Below, one piece after another: positions 30,675 to 40,845 of a DNA stretch of 64,000 nt. This stretch comes from Patescibacteria group bacterium (lineage in GTDB: Bacteria > Patescibacteriota > Gracilibacteria > UBA4473), in the NCBI GenBank assembly GCA_965660445.1, contig CBFIAK010000001.1, forward strand, positions 160,001 to 224,000, written 5' to 3'. Each line of letters starts with the position of its first letter. Positions within the stretch are counted from its first letter, which is position 1. The notes below the pieces were generated by a model. That model was not told the origin of the DNA. It did not search any database and worked only from the letters and a program-made list of their open reading frames with translations. The position numbers and the translations under genes are program-made.

Positions 30675-31133
30675 CTATGCTGCTTTTTTAGCTTCTTTTG
30701 CTTTATTTGCTTTTCGATGAGCAGAATATGAAACAGCTCCTTTACCACCATCAACTACAACACCAACGGCACCACTGTGTTTATTATTTTTAGGGTTCTT
30801 TTTTCCAACAACCCCATGAGCAGTATGCAAAGCAGCTCCAGTTATATTTGTAGCAGCTCGTGATCCAGTTTCAGCAATAGATCCAACTACATTTTTTGTA
30901 AGGTTTACTCCCCCTTTAATAATAGGATGAGTAATACTTGGTGCTACTTTTAAAAGTGGAATCTTTTTGAGCACTTGATGCACTTTATCACTTACAAAAT
31001 CAACCGCTTTAAACGGAATATCTGTAACCGATCGAACACCTGAAGAAACCTTATCATGGATATCTACATTTTCTGCATTTTTATACAGATATCGGGTAGA
31101 TACCGATTGAGAAGAAAGAGAAATATTTTTCAT
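30675..31133 (-). CDS. Hypothetical small basic protein
   Basis: 152-aa ORF with upstream TTGACT...TATTAT and downstream terminator; Gly/Val/Ala/Lys-rich. Confidence 0.6.
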   Translation of the reverse strand: MKNISLSSQSVSTRYLYKNAENVDIHDKVSSGVRSVTDIPFKAVDFVSDKVHQVLKKIPLLKVAPSITHPIIKGGVNLTKNVVGSIAETGSRAATNITGAALHTAHGVVGKKNPKNNKHSGAVGVVVDGGKGAVSYSAHRKANKAKEAKKAA

Positions 31134-31201
31134 GAGAAAATGTTAAGATTAAATATTACAAATACATAATACAACAAAAAAAAACAAAAAGTCAATATAT
31201 T

Positions 31202-32047
31202 TTAAAGAACAATATTCATTTTTCCAACACTTTCTTGGGGTGAGTAATTTGATAATAGTATTTTAAAACATTCATCCACTAAATCATGGTCACCATTCTC
31301 AGCTCTTATGAAAGCATTTTTAGGGCATAAAAAAGGGATAGGGGGGTGTAGGGGTGATCGTGTAATAATCTCATCAGCTTGCTGAAAATGAATATCGTAA
31401 ATATGGGCGTTTGAAATAGAGATTGTCAAAAGTCCTACTGGAATATTTAATTTTTCTGCTAAAAAATAATTCAATAAAGCAAACCCTGCAACATCATGAG
31501 GGTTTCCAAGCATCATATCATTAGATCGAATAACAAGATGTAAACAAAGCCTTCCCCCAATAACTTGAACAGTAAATGTAAATGGACATGGAACATTTTT
31601 CTTTTTTGTTCCATTTGCAAGCCCATCATCAGAAGGATCCCACATTAAAATAACACCATGTCTTGATGATTGATCAGAAGAAAGAAGTTGCAAAAGTCCT
31701 TCTATTTGGTCTCTTTGAAAATGTTTTCTCCATCGATATCCATAAGCAGAAGAAACTATATTTCCTTTATCTGCAAAATCATCCCATATTTTTGTATATT
31801 GTTGTAAAAAATCTAATTCTCTTTTTCCTTGTAAAAACCAAACTTGCTCGGCAATAAATATTTTAAGAGGGATTTTACGAAGTGTTAAAAGAGGAAACCC
31901 TTTTTCTAAATCAAACTGCATATGAGCGCCTGCTATACTCTGACAGATATGTCCTGTTCTTTTATTTTTTTCTTGAAAACCTTCTTCTCGTATTTTTTTT
32001 AGAATTTCTTTATACTGAATATCGAACTCATTTATTAATTTTTTCAT
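31202..32047 (-). CDS. thyA: Thymidylate synthase family protein (atypical active site)
   Basis: RTG, GFPLLT, YGYRWR, catalytic PC (Cys154), RSND, AHIY. Confidence 0.88.
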   Translation of the reverse strand: MKKLINEFDIQYKEILKKIREEGFQEKNKRTGHICQSIAGAHMQFDLEKGFPLLTLRKIPLKIFIAEQVWFLQGKRELDFLQQYTKIWDDFADKGNIVSSAYGYRWRKHFQRDQIEGLLQLLSSDQSSRHGVILMWDPSDDGLANGTKKKNVPCPFTFTVQVIGGRLCLHLVIRSNDMMLGNPHDVAGFALLNYFLAEKLNIPVGLLTISISNAHIYDIHFQQADEIITRSPLHPPIPFLCPKNAFIRAENGDHDLVDECFKILLSNYSPQESVGKMNIVL

Positions 32048-32078
32048 TATAAATAAAGTGTAAGATATTTTTTTAAAA

Positions 32079-32339
32079 ATGACAAAACCAAACTCCCCCT
32101 ATTATACATTTACAGGTAAAGAAATATTATCAGATATTATGGATATAATCCCAGATGCATCTGAAATACTTCTTTCGCATGGTTTAGGATGTGCAGGGTG
32201 TCATTTTAATATGTTTGAAACTCTTGAAGAAGGGTTTCGTGGGCATGGATTTTCAGAAGAAGACCTTGAAAACGTATTAAATGATTTAAATGAAGCTGCA
32301 TATGATCTGCAAATACCCTTAAAAAAAGAGGAAAACTAA
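32079..32339 (+). CDS. DUF1858-like small CxxC redox protein
   Basis: GLGCAGC...ETLEEG..HG pattern. Confidence 0.75.
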   Translation: MTKPNSPYYTFTGKEILSDIMDIIPDASEILLSHGLGCAGCHFNMFETLEEGFRGHGFSEEDLENVLNDLNEAAYDLQIPLKKEEN

Positions 32340-32780
32340 AAAAAGAAGGAGTGTTTTAAGAAAGAAGATAAGAGAAAGAAAAAAGTAATACTCATTTCTT
32401 TCTTTTTTTTATATGTGTTTTTAAGGAGATATAGAAACAAAAAAACAAAAAAATAACAGATTCTTCTTTTCAAAAAGTTTTAAACATTTTTTCTTTGTTT
32501 TTAAGAGTATTTTTTTTAAAGACAAAAAACCTTTCTAAAAAAGATTTTAGTTGTATACATTTTTTTATAAATAAAAAGTATTCCTTTTTGCAAAAAAAAG
32601 AGAGAAAAAGCAAGTAAAATATAGTTTTTGTTTTTATAAAAAGGTTTCTTTGTTTTTAAACATATTTTTACTATTGTATTACTAATTATTTATATATATA
32701 TTTCTAAAAATAATACATATTATAGTTTTATATACGTAACAAAAAATATTTTCTTTCAAATATATATTTTTTTATTAAAA
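32340..32780. other. Extremely AT-rich non-coding region, candidate replication origin
   Basis: ORF-free and very low GC; coincides by eye with a C-rich to G-rich skew switch and with divergence of predominant gene orientation. Confidence 0.4.
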
Positions 32781-32783
32781 TAT

Positions 32784-32811
32784 TTGACTTTTTTTGTTTT
32801 ATTTATAGGAT
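32784..32811 (+). promoter_or_regulatory. rpoC promoter
   Basis: TTGACT-16 bp-TAGGAT. Confidence 0.55.
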
Positions 32812-32915
32812 TCTCAAGCTATATGAGAAATAGACATCTCTTCTTTCCGTATATTTCTTCTTAATAAAGGGCATTTTTATGTCTTTTTTCGAGTTTTTAT
32901 TCTTCTTTTTCATTC

Positions 32916-35900
32916 ATGGTACAAACAACAACTCCACATACTCAATCAGATACAGAATTTAATGCTATTGCAATATCAATTGCATCTCCTGAGGATATAT
33001 TACGTTGGTCAAATGGTGAAATAACAAAACCAGAGACAATAAACTACAGAACACAAAAACCAGAAAAGGATGGTCTTTTTTGTCAAAAGGTATTTGGTCC
33101 AGTTAAAAACTATGAATGTGGATGTGGAAAATACAAAAGAATTCGTTATCGAGGGATAACGTGTGAGGTTTGTGGTGTTGAAGTAACACGATCTATTGTT
33201 CGTCGGGAGCGAATGGGGCATGTAAAATTAGCAGTTCCTATTGCTCATACTTGGTTTTTACGATCTACTCCTTCTAAAATAGGTCTTCTTTTAGGTTTGG
33301 CAGTAAAAAAACTAGAACAAGTGGTTTATTTTGCTTCATATATTGTGGTTGATGTTGATGATGTGCAAAAAGAAGAGGAGTTGAAAAAATTAAATAAAGA
33401 ATATCAACAAGTTATAGAACGAGTGAAGGAGGAAAATAGTCAAAGTCTTCGAGCAGTTAAAAAAGCACTTAAAAATGGAGAAATGACAGAAGATCAAGTG
33501 CTTGAATTTGAACGATCACTTTTGGAAAAAGTTGAAGAAGTGAATCAGAATTTTGATATCGCAAAACGACAATTGAAAAGTATTATTCGTGGAGAAGTTT
33601 TAACAGAAACTGAGTATCGTGAAATTTCTTTAAAGTTTGGACATGTTTTTCGAGCTGGAATTGGTGCTGATGCTGTTCGTGAAATTCTTCAAAAAATAAA
33701 TCTTGAATCGTTTATTGAGGAAATGAAGGAGGATTACAAAGCTTCATCAGGACAAAAACAAAAAAAAATCGTAAAACGGATGCGATTAGCGGGTTCTTTT
33801 TTAAGAAGTAATATGAAACCAGAGTGGATGATTTTAACAGTTATTCCTGTTATTCCACCAGATTTACGTCCAATGGTTCAGCTTGATGGAGGACGGTTTG
33901 CTACTTCAGATTTAAATGATTTGTATCGACGAGTGATTAATAGAAATCAACGACTTAAAAAACTTATCCAATTAGGGGCACCTGAAATTATTTGTCGAAA
34001 TGAGAAAAGAATGCTTCAAGAAGCGGTTGATATTTTGATATCAAATCAAGTTCGAAATTCAAAAGCAGGAATGAATTATGTTCAAAAGAGAAAGTTAAAA
34101 TCTCTTTCTGATATGCTTAAAGGAAAACAAGGACGATTTCGTCAAAATCTTCTTGGGAAAAGGGTTGATTATTCAGGGCGTTCTGTGATTGTGGTTGGTC
34201 CTCAACTTCGATTACATGAATGTGGGCTTCCGAAATACATTATGATGGAACTTTTTAAACCATTTGTTATTTCTCGGCTTATTAAGTATGAACTTGTTTT
34301 TAATGTAAAAAGTGCAGAAAAAATGATTCGACTTGGAGAAAAAATTGTTTGGGATGTGTTAGAGGAAGTTATTAAAGGGAAGTGTGTACTTTTAAATCGT
34401 GCACCAACGCTTCACAGACTTGGTATTCAGGCTTTTTATCCTCGTATTGTTGAGGGAAAAGCTATTCAAGTGCATCCATTAGTTTGTCCAGCGTTTAATG
34501 CAGATTTTGATGGAGATCAAATGGCTGTTCATCTTCCTCTTTCGGAAGCAGCTCAAGATGAAGCTCGAAATATTATTCTTTCGTCAAAAAATATTTTAAA
34601 ACCATCAAGTGGGGATCCTGTTATTGATCCATCACAAGATATTGTGCTTGGGTGTTATTTTTTAACAGAAATAATGGATGGATTAAAAGGAGAAGGAAAT
34701 ATGTTTTTCTCTCTAGATGATGCTATTTATGCTTATAATGTTGGAAATATAGATTTAAAAGCAAAAATAAAAATCCGTATGAATGGAGAAATGCTAGAAA
34801 CATCAGTTGGTCGTGTTTTCTTTAATCAGATTTTACCGGAAGGTGTTGAGTTTCAAAACCAAGTGTTTAGAAAGAAATCATTGAGTAAGTTATTAGCTGA
34901 TATTTATACTCTTCATGGAACTGATCAAACAGCTATAGTTGCTGATGCTATTAAAGATATTGGGTTTAAGTATGCAACTATTTCAGGAGTTTCTATTTCT
35001 GCTTTTGATTTATATGGAGCAGAAGATAAAGAAAAAATGGTTGAAAAGGCAGATATTATTGTTGATCATATTAATAATCAGTTTCGACAAGGGCTTATTA
35101 CAAATGACGAACGCTATGAACACACTATTAAAATTTGGTCACGAGTAAAAAATGACGTGATGCAACAAATGGTGGGGCGGTATAAAAGTGGAAATGATAT
35201 CTTTACACAGGTGGATTCAGGGGCTCGAGGGAACTGGGGACAAATCACGCAACTTTCAGGAATGAAAGGGTTGGTATCAAGTCCATCAGGAAAAACAATT
35301 GAGTTACCTATTCGTTCGAACTTAAAAGAAGGATTTACTATTTTGGAATACTTTATTGCGACACATGGGGGACGAAAAGGAAAATCAGATACAGCGCTTA
35401 AAACAGCAGAGGCAGGGTATCTTACTCGACGATTGGTTGATTCCGTGCAAGATATCGTTGTTCGAGAAGAAGATTGTAAAACAGATAAATATCGTGTTAT
35501 TTCTCGGGTTCATTCGGCAAAACTAGGTATTCCGTTTGCAAAACGAATTTATGGTCGATTTTTGGCACAAGATGTTGTGGTTGATGGAAAGGTTGTTGTT
35601 ACAAAAGAAACACTTATTGATGATGCTATACTTCATGTAATAGAAGAGTCTCAGGTTGAATCAGTGGCTGTGTATTCGGTTATGTATTGTACAACGCTTG
35701 GGGGGATATGCCAAAAAACGTATGGATTTGATCTCAGTGCGAATAAAATAGTGAAAATGGGAACTCCTGTGGGGATTATGGCGGCTCAATCGATTGGAGA
35801 ACCTGGTACTCAGTTGACAATGCGTACATTCCACATGGGAGGTATTGCAACGGAGGGAGCGTCTATTACTCAAGGGCTTACGCGTGTAGAAGAAATATTT

Positions 35901-36740
35901 GAAGCACGATCTCCAGCTGCACCAGCTGTTGTTGCTGAAATTTCAGGGGTTGCGTCTGTGAAACGAGGAAAAAATGATACAAAAATTGTTATTGAGTCTC
36001 GTGCTGAAGAAGATGATGTATACGAACTTCGATATGCAATGGAACCAGTTGTTAAAGAAGGTGATGTGGTGAAAGAAAAACAAATTATTGCACGATCAAC
36101 AGAAAGTAAAGAAACAGTTAAATCGTTTTGTGCGGGAGTTGTGAAAAAAGCAGAAGATGATGTTATTATTATTCATCAAAACGAAAAACGACAAAAAACA
36201 TACAGTGTTTCAAATCGAACAACAATTCGAATAAAAGATGGAGATATGGTTAAGAAGGGATCAGCTCTTACGGCAGGGCATTTAGATCTTCGAGAGTTGA
36301 TGGATTTGGCTGGAGTTGATGTTGTTCAGGACTATGTTTTAAATGAAGTTTTGAATGTATATTCTTCTCAAGGACAAGATATTAATGAAAAACATATTGA
36401 GGTTATCGTGAAACAAATGTTTTCAAAGGTGCGAATTATTGATCCAGGAGATACTGATTTCTTACCAGGAGAAGTAAAAGACTATGTGGAGTGTTTGCAT
36501 ATAAATAATGGAGTTACTGATCCAAAGAAAAAAGTTCGATTTGAGCGACTTTTGTTAGGACTTACTCGTGTTTCTCTGTGGACTCAATCATGGCTTTCGG
36601 CGGCTTCTTTCCAAGAAACCACTCGAGTACTCGTTGATGCTGCTGTGTCTCGAAAGATAGATACACTTGACGGATTAAAAGAAAACGTTATCATCGGTCG
36701 GCTTATTCCTGCGGGAACTGGATATAAACACCAAAAATAA
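32916..36740 (+). CDS. rpoC: DNA-directed RNA polymerase beta' subunit
   Basis: KPETINYRT, zinc finger, [39 protein letters not shown]. Confidence 0.99.
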   Translation: MVQTTTPHTQSDTEFNAIAISIASPEDILRWSNGEITKPETINYRTQKPEKDGLFCQKVFGPVKNYECGCGKYKRIRYRGITCEVCGVEVTRSIVRRERMGHVKLAVPIAHTWFLRSTPSKIGLLLGLAVKKLEQVVYFASYIVVDVDDVQKEEELKKLNKEYQQVIERVKEENSQSLRAVKKALKNGEMTEDQVLEFERSLLEKVEEVNQNFDIAKRQLKSIIRGEVLTETEYREISLKFGHVFRAGIGADAVREILQKINLESFIEEMKEDYKASSGQKQKKIVKRMRLAGSFLRSNMKPEWMILTVIPVIPPDLRPMVQLDGGRFATSDLNDLYRRVINRNQRLKKLIQLGAPEIICRNEKRMLQEAVDILISNQVRNSKAGMNYVQKRKLKSLSDMLKGKQGRFRQNLLGKRVDYSGRSVIVVGPQLRLHECGLPKYIMMELFKPFVISRLIKYELVFNVKSAEKMIRLGEKIVWDVLEEVIKGKCVLLNRAPTLHRLGIQAFYPRIVEGKAIQVHPLVCPAFNADFDGDQMAVHLPLSEAAQDEARNIILSSKNILKPSSGDPVIDPSQDIVLGCYFLTEIMDGLKGEGNMFFSLDDAIYAYNVGNIDLKAKIKIRMNGEMLETSVGRVFFNQILPEGVEFQNQVFRKKSLSKLLADIYTLHGTDQTAIVADAIKDIGFKYATISGVSISAFDLYGAEDKEKMVEKADIIVDHINNQFRQGLITNDERYEHTIKIWSRVKNDVMQQMVGRYKSGNDIFTQVDSGARGNWGQITQLSGMKGLVSSPSGKTIELPIRSNLKEGFTILEYFIATHGGRKGKSDTALKTAEAGYLTRRLVDSVQDIVVREEDCKTDKYRVISRVHSAKLGIPFAKRIYGRFLAQDVVVDGKVVVTKETLIDDAILHVIEESQVESVAVYSVMYCTTLGGICQKTYGFDLSANKIVKMGTPVGIMAAQSIGEPGTQLTMRTFHMGGIATEGASITQGLTRVEEIFEARSPAAPAVVAEISGVASVKRGKNDTKIVIESRAEEDDVYELRYAMEPVVKEGDVVKEKQIIARSTESKETVKSFCAGVVKKAEDDVIIIHQNEKRQKTYSVSNRTTIRIKDGDMVKKGSALTAGHLDLRELMDLAGVDVVQDYVLNEVLNVYSSQGQDINEKHIEVIVKQMFSKVRIIDPGDTDFLPGEVKDYVECLHINNGVTDPKKKVRFERLLLGLTRVSLWTQSWLSAASFQETTRVLVDAAVSRKIDTLDGLKENVIIGRLIPAGTGYKHQK

Positions 36741-36793
36741 GCTCTAAAAATCATAAAAATACTTATTCTTACTTTTCATAAATATTTCATTTT

Positions 36794-37204
36794 ATGCCAA
36801 CAATTAACCAATTAATTCGAAAACCACGTACTGATAAGGTTAAAAAATCAAAAGCACCCGCTTTGAATTTTAAACTCAATAGTTTGAAAAACAAACAAAC
36901 GCTTTTATTTTCTCCTCAAAAACGAGGTGTTTGTATTAAAGTTTCGACAACAACACCAAAAAAACCAAACTCAGCATTGCGAAAAATAGCGCGTGTTCGA
37001 TTAACAAATGGGTATGAGGTAAATGCTTATATTATGGGAGAAGGACACAATCTTCAAGAGCACTCAGTTGTGCTTTTGCGAGGTGGGCGAGTGAAAGACT
37101 TGGTGGGGGTTCGGTATCACATTGTTCGAGGAGCTCTTGATACACAAGGAGTAACAAACCGAAAACAAGCACGTTCTCGATACGGAGCTAAAAAATCTAA
37201 ATAG
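36794..37204 (+). CDS. rpsL: 30S ribosomal protein S12
   Basis: [27 protein letters not shown]. Confidence 0.98.
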   Translation: MPTINQLIRKPRTDKVKKSKAPALNFKLNSLKNKQTLLFSPQKRGVCIKVSTTTPKKPNSALRKIARVRLTNGYEVNAYIMGEGHNLQEHSVVLLRGGRVKDLVGVRYHIVRGALDTQGVTNRKQARSRYGAKKSK

Positions 37205-37227
37205 TGTCTTCTTTTCTTTAATTTCTT

Positions 37228-37716
37228 ATGACTACTGAAACAACGACAAAATCGGCAAAACCAAAAAAAACAACGGCAAAAAATCCGTTTTCTTATACAG
37301 ATCCGTTACAACAAAAATTTGTAAACTGTATTATGAAAGATGGGAAAAAAACAACAGCACAACGTATTTTAATGGATATGTTTGATGAGTTGTCACGTCG
37401 TGGTGAAAAAGATCCATTGAAAACATTTGAAACATCGTTATCAAACGTGACACCAACGATGGAAGTTCGTCCAAAACGTATTGGAGGGGCTGTGTATCAG
37501 ATTCCAGTAGAAGTTTCGTCTAAACGACAACAAACACTTTCTATTCGATGGATTTTACAATCAGCACGATCTAAAAAAGGACAACCTATGTATAAAGCAC
37601 TTGCTTCAGAAATTCTAGAAGCGTCTCAAGATTCTGGAAATGCAGTCAATAAGAAAAAAGAAGTGCATAAAATGGCACAAGCAAATAAAGCGTTTGCCCA
37701 TTTGGCTCGATATTAA
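37228..37716 (+). CDS. rpsG: 30S ribosomal protein S7
   Basis: MKDGKK, RIGGAVYQIP, HKMAQANKAFAH. Confidence 0.97.
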   Translation: MTTETTTKSAKPKKTTAKNPFSYTDPLQQKFVNCIMKDGKKTTAQRILMDMFDELSRRGEKDPLKTFETSLSNVTPTMEVRPKRIGGAVYQIPVEVSSKRQQTLSIRWILQSARSKKGQPMYKALASEILEASQDSGNAVNKKKEVHKMAQANKAFAHLARY

Positions 37717-37735
37717 ACAACAACAAGTAAATAAT

Positions 37736-37765
37736 AAAAAAACCTCGATTTTTCGAGGTTTTTTT
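37736..37765. terminator. Bidirectional terminator after rpsG
   Basis: A7-CCTCGA-loop-TCGAGG-T7 between convergent genes. Confidence 0.8.
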
Positions 37766-39521
37766 ATTCATACTCAACTAAGACTCGAAAGTTTTGGTCC
37801 ATCAGATCTATTGGGCGTCCGATATTCATGGTTTCTGCGGTAAATCTACCATCTTCGTTTGTTGATATGGTGTTGAAGAATGATGTTTTTTCTCGTCCGG
37901 AGGTGCCTTGCAATTGAAGAAAATAAGGACGAAAATCATAACTTCCTCTTTGGATACGGGTTTCGTATTCAAGAACAACCTCGCCTGTTTCATTTGGGCT
38001 TATAAAGAGTGGAATTTCAAATACATGAAAACCAGATATTTGTGTTTGATTTATTACTCCTGATGGGCTTTGACCGTTTAAAAAAAGTGTTTCTTTTGGG
38101 GTGAACACCCTGATAATTGTTCTGTTTTGCCCTCCTCCTAAAACCCATCGTAGTTCAGGGGTCAGAAGTGACTGAATGGTTGGATACCATGAATCATACC
38201 CCAGAAGATTTTCGAGTTCATTTGGTTGTATGGCATGAGTTCTGCGCAATCGTATTTTGTTTTTTACGGTTCCGTTTTTTTGTATATGACTATCGTGCTG
38301 TATCTTCGTCCAGACAAATTTTTCTGATTTATTAGCTCCAATATTTATAAAATCAAAATATAAAAAATTGTCTGCATTTGGGTTTTGTATGAGTCTGCCT
38401 GAAATTCCCAATGTATCATATTTTTTTTGGAGTTCTGGATTTTGCGCATAAAGCTGGATATGTTTTTTTTGAGTGAATGCGTTGAGGTTTATATTTTTTA
38501 TGAGTGCTTGAAGTGTTTGTGGTTCTTGTATGTGATTCCAAAGTGTTTTTGAAAGAAGTGCTATAGGGGCTCGAATATTAAATCGACCAGCAATACTTGA
38601 TCCTAGGAGAAATTGAAGCATGAGATCAATATTGTTGTGTGAAACTTCAATCCCCCATTCTTCAATAATAAATGGCTTGAGTGGTGCTATTATATCAGAG
38701 ACAATGTTTTGGTTGAGAGCGATGATATGGTTTGGTATTGGTTCACCAATAGACTCAAAAAATTTTTGGTACTGTTGAGCTGATGTTGGAAAATCGGGGA
38801 AGAAATTTGCATCCCGTAAAGATATATCTTTTGATAAATCATGAAAAAATTCAGGAGCCGGAATGAGTGATTCTTTCTGAATGAGCCTATCAAGTGCATA
38901 CATGTCTTCAAGTTTCCATTCTATATGCGTATCGGTAAAATCAATAATAACAAAACTTCCTACAAATCCACCAGTAGATCTGGGTTCGTTTGTGTTTTGA
39001 AGAAGTATAAGTATGCGTTCGTTATTTTTTTGTGCTTCGTGTTGTATATCAAGTATCGTTTGCAAAACAGTTATAAAAGGAGAAAGTGCTTGTACTCGAT
39101 TATCAAGGTTCTGTTTGAGTTCTTGGTATTGATAAGGAATAATGATCTGAGGGATGCGTTTGTGTTGGTTTTGCAGTGATATAAATGATGTTGTAAGGGT
39201 TTGTATATGGTGTATGACACGATTTAATTCTTCTTTTGGGAGTGTGTTATTTTCGATTATTATTTTTTCTTGTAGGAGTGTTTCTATGGTTTCCCCCACA
39301 GAAGCAAACTCAAACCCCATAGATCGAATAACACTCCATGGATAGAGAGGGGTTATTTTTTGTGATGTTTCTTTGATATTAGTCCATGACATATTCTTTA
39401 TGTCCTGAGTTTGAAACTGGTTTTTAAGCGTTTTAAGAAATGGTTGATTGTAGAGAAACAGACCACCTACCAAAACGGTTATAAAAATCAGTATAGAGAT
39501 TCCCCAAACGAGATATTTCAT
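37764..39521 (-). CDS. DUF4012-domain membrane-anchored protein
   Basis: N-terminal TM; LILLQNTNEPRSTGGFVGS, LRDANFFPDFPTSA, NIGANKS. Confidence 0.82.
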   Translation of the reverse strand: MKYLVWGISILIFITVLVGGLFLYNQPFLKTLKNQFQTQDIKNMSWTNIKETSQKITPLYPWSVIRSMGFEFASVGETIETLLQEKIIIENNTLPKEELNRVIHHIQTLTTSFISLQNQHKRIPQIIIPYQYQELKQNLDNRVQALSPFITVLQTILDIQHEAQKNNERILILLQNTNEPRSTGGFVGSFVIIDFTDTHIEWKLEDMYALDRLIQKESLIPAPEFFHDLSKDISLRDANFFPDFPTSAQQYQKFFESIGEPIPNHIIALNQNIVSDIIAPLKPFIIEEWGIEVSHNNIDLMLQFLLGSSIAGRFNIRAPIALLSKTLWNHIQEPQTLQALIKNINLNAFTQKKHIQLYAQNPELQKKYDTLGISGRLIQNPNADNFLYFDFINIGANKSEKFVWTKIQHDSHIQKNGTVKNKIRLRRTHAIQPNELENLLGYDSWYPTIQSLLTPELRWVLGGGQNRTIIRVFTPKETLFLNGQSPSGVINQTQISGFHVFEIPLFISPNETGEVVLEYETRIQRGSYDFRPYFLQLQGTSGREKTSFFNTISTNEDGRFTAETMNIGRPIDLMDQNFRVLVEYE

Positions 39522-40738
39522 GATATTGATTTTTCAAATATTCCACGCAAGACAATGAGAGGAAGAAATAAAAACGGAAACAGGAGCGAGTTTACAAAAA
39601 ATCCATGAACAAATAAAGCAGCTATGCCAGCAGAAAACCCTAAAAATTGATCATTTTTTTGTTTTTTATACCATTGGAGCGGATGAAAAAACAAAGCTCC
39701 AAAAAACCATAAAAACGGAATTATTCCGAGTATTCCTGTTGCTATAAGCACAGTAAGGTGAGTAGAATCAGATCCTCCGGACGAAAAATATGATTCATCG
39801 ACAATACCTTTTCGTGCTGCTTTGTATCGGTATGTATTATATCCAATACCTCCAATGGGGTTTTCTTTCCAAAGAGTGAGGCTTTGCGTCCAGCTTTCTA
39901 ATCGAAGCCCTGCGGTTGGATCTATCTCGGTGGTGCCATCAAAAACAAGTGAATAAGCAGTGCCTATGAGTTGAGAAACTCTTTCGCTTGCTCGTTTGTT
40001 TGAAGCAATTCCAATGCTTGTTACAAGAAGTCCTATGAGGATTATCTTGGGGTTTCGAAACAAGAAAAATATACCAAGTCCTGTTGCTGCTGCAAGGTAT
40101 CCGCTACGAGAATAGGTAAGAAAAAGAGCGCCAATAAAGAGGGCTATGATACCGGTGTAATACCATCGTTTTTTTGGGGTTTTGTACCATCCGCCGATAA
40201 GAATGGGCGTCATAAATGCAACAAACCCTGCTATAAAGTTTGGGTCAAGCCATGTTCCTAAGAGTCGTCCGATATGGGGATCTAATCCGCCTTCTGTAGA
40301 CCATGTGGATATATCGGGTACAAGAAAAAATTGAATGTATCCCAAAAGGATAACACAAAGAGAAATATATTCGATGCGAGTGAGTGCTTTTGTTTGTTCT
40401 TGTGGAGATGAAAACATTTCATACGCCGCCCACCCAAAGACAAGAAACGATGCAAACCGAACACTATAAGCACCAGAAAGAATTATTTCTTTGAGAGATT
40501 CTAGCTCAATAGATCCATACGTAAGACTCACAATTGCAATAGCAAGAAAAGTAAGTCCAGAAGGAAGGAAAAGAGGAAATGAGAACTTTTTTTGTTGTAT
40601 TATTTTGTTTCCAATCCAAAAAAATGTAAATACTGGTACAAGTATATCAGTGGCAAGTATTCCAGATCCGCCTATTGGTATGCGAATAAGAAGTCCGGGA
40701 ATAAGGAGAAACAAACAACTCCAAAAAAGTATTTTCAT
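39518..40738 (-). CDS. O-antigen ligase/Wzy-like membrane protein
   Basis: Multi-TM; RLLGTWLDPN, LTYSRSG, R..W...PIGGIG, HGFF.NSL. Confidence 0.85.
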   Translation of the reverse strand: MKILFWSCLFLLIPGLLIRIPIGGSGILATDILVPVFTFFWIGNKIIQQKKFSFPLFLPSGLTFLAIAIVSLTYGSIELESLKEIILSGAYSVRFASFLVFGWAAYEMFSSPQEQTKALTRIEYISLCVILLGYIQFFLVPDISTWSTEGGLDPHIGRLLGTWLDPNFIAGFVAFMTPILIGGWYKTPKKRWYYTGIIALFIGALFLTYSRSGYLAAATGLGIFFLFRNPKIILIGLLVTSIGIASNKRASERVSQLIGTAYSLVFDGTTEIDPTAGLRLESWTQSLTLWKENPIGGIGYNTYRYKAARKGIVDESYFSSGGSDSTHLTVLIATGILGIIPFLWFFGALFFHPLQWYKKQKNDQFLGFSAGIAALFVHGFFVNSLLFPFLFLPLIVLRGIFEKSIS

Positions 40739-40845
40739 ATGTTGTTATTTTAGTCTATTACTGATGGTTTGCAAACTGGTCTTCAAATCGAACATGACAA
40801 AAATTTTTTTTTCAGTATAAAGAGAGACGTCTTTTCATTTTTTTT

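Noticed and set aside
32703-32730. dif-like site (ATAA-TACATA-TTAT core)
   Set aside because: Outer arms match poorly, the region is so AT-rich that chance matches are expected, and the skew direction suggests an origin rather than a terminus.
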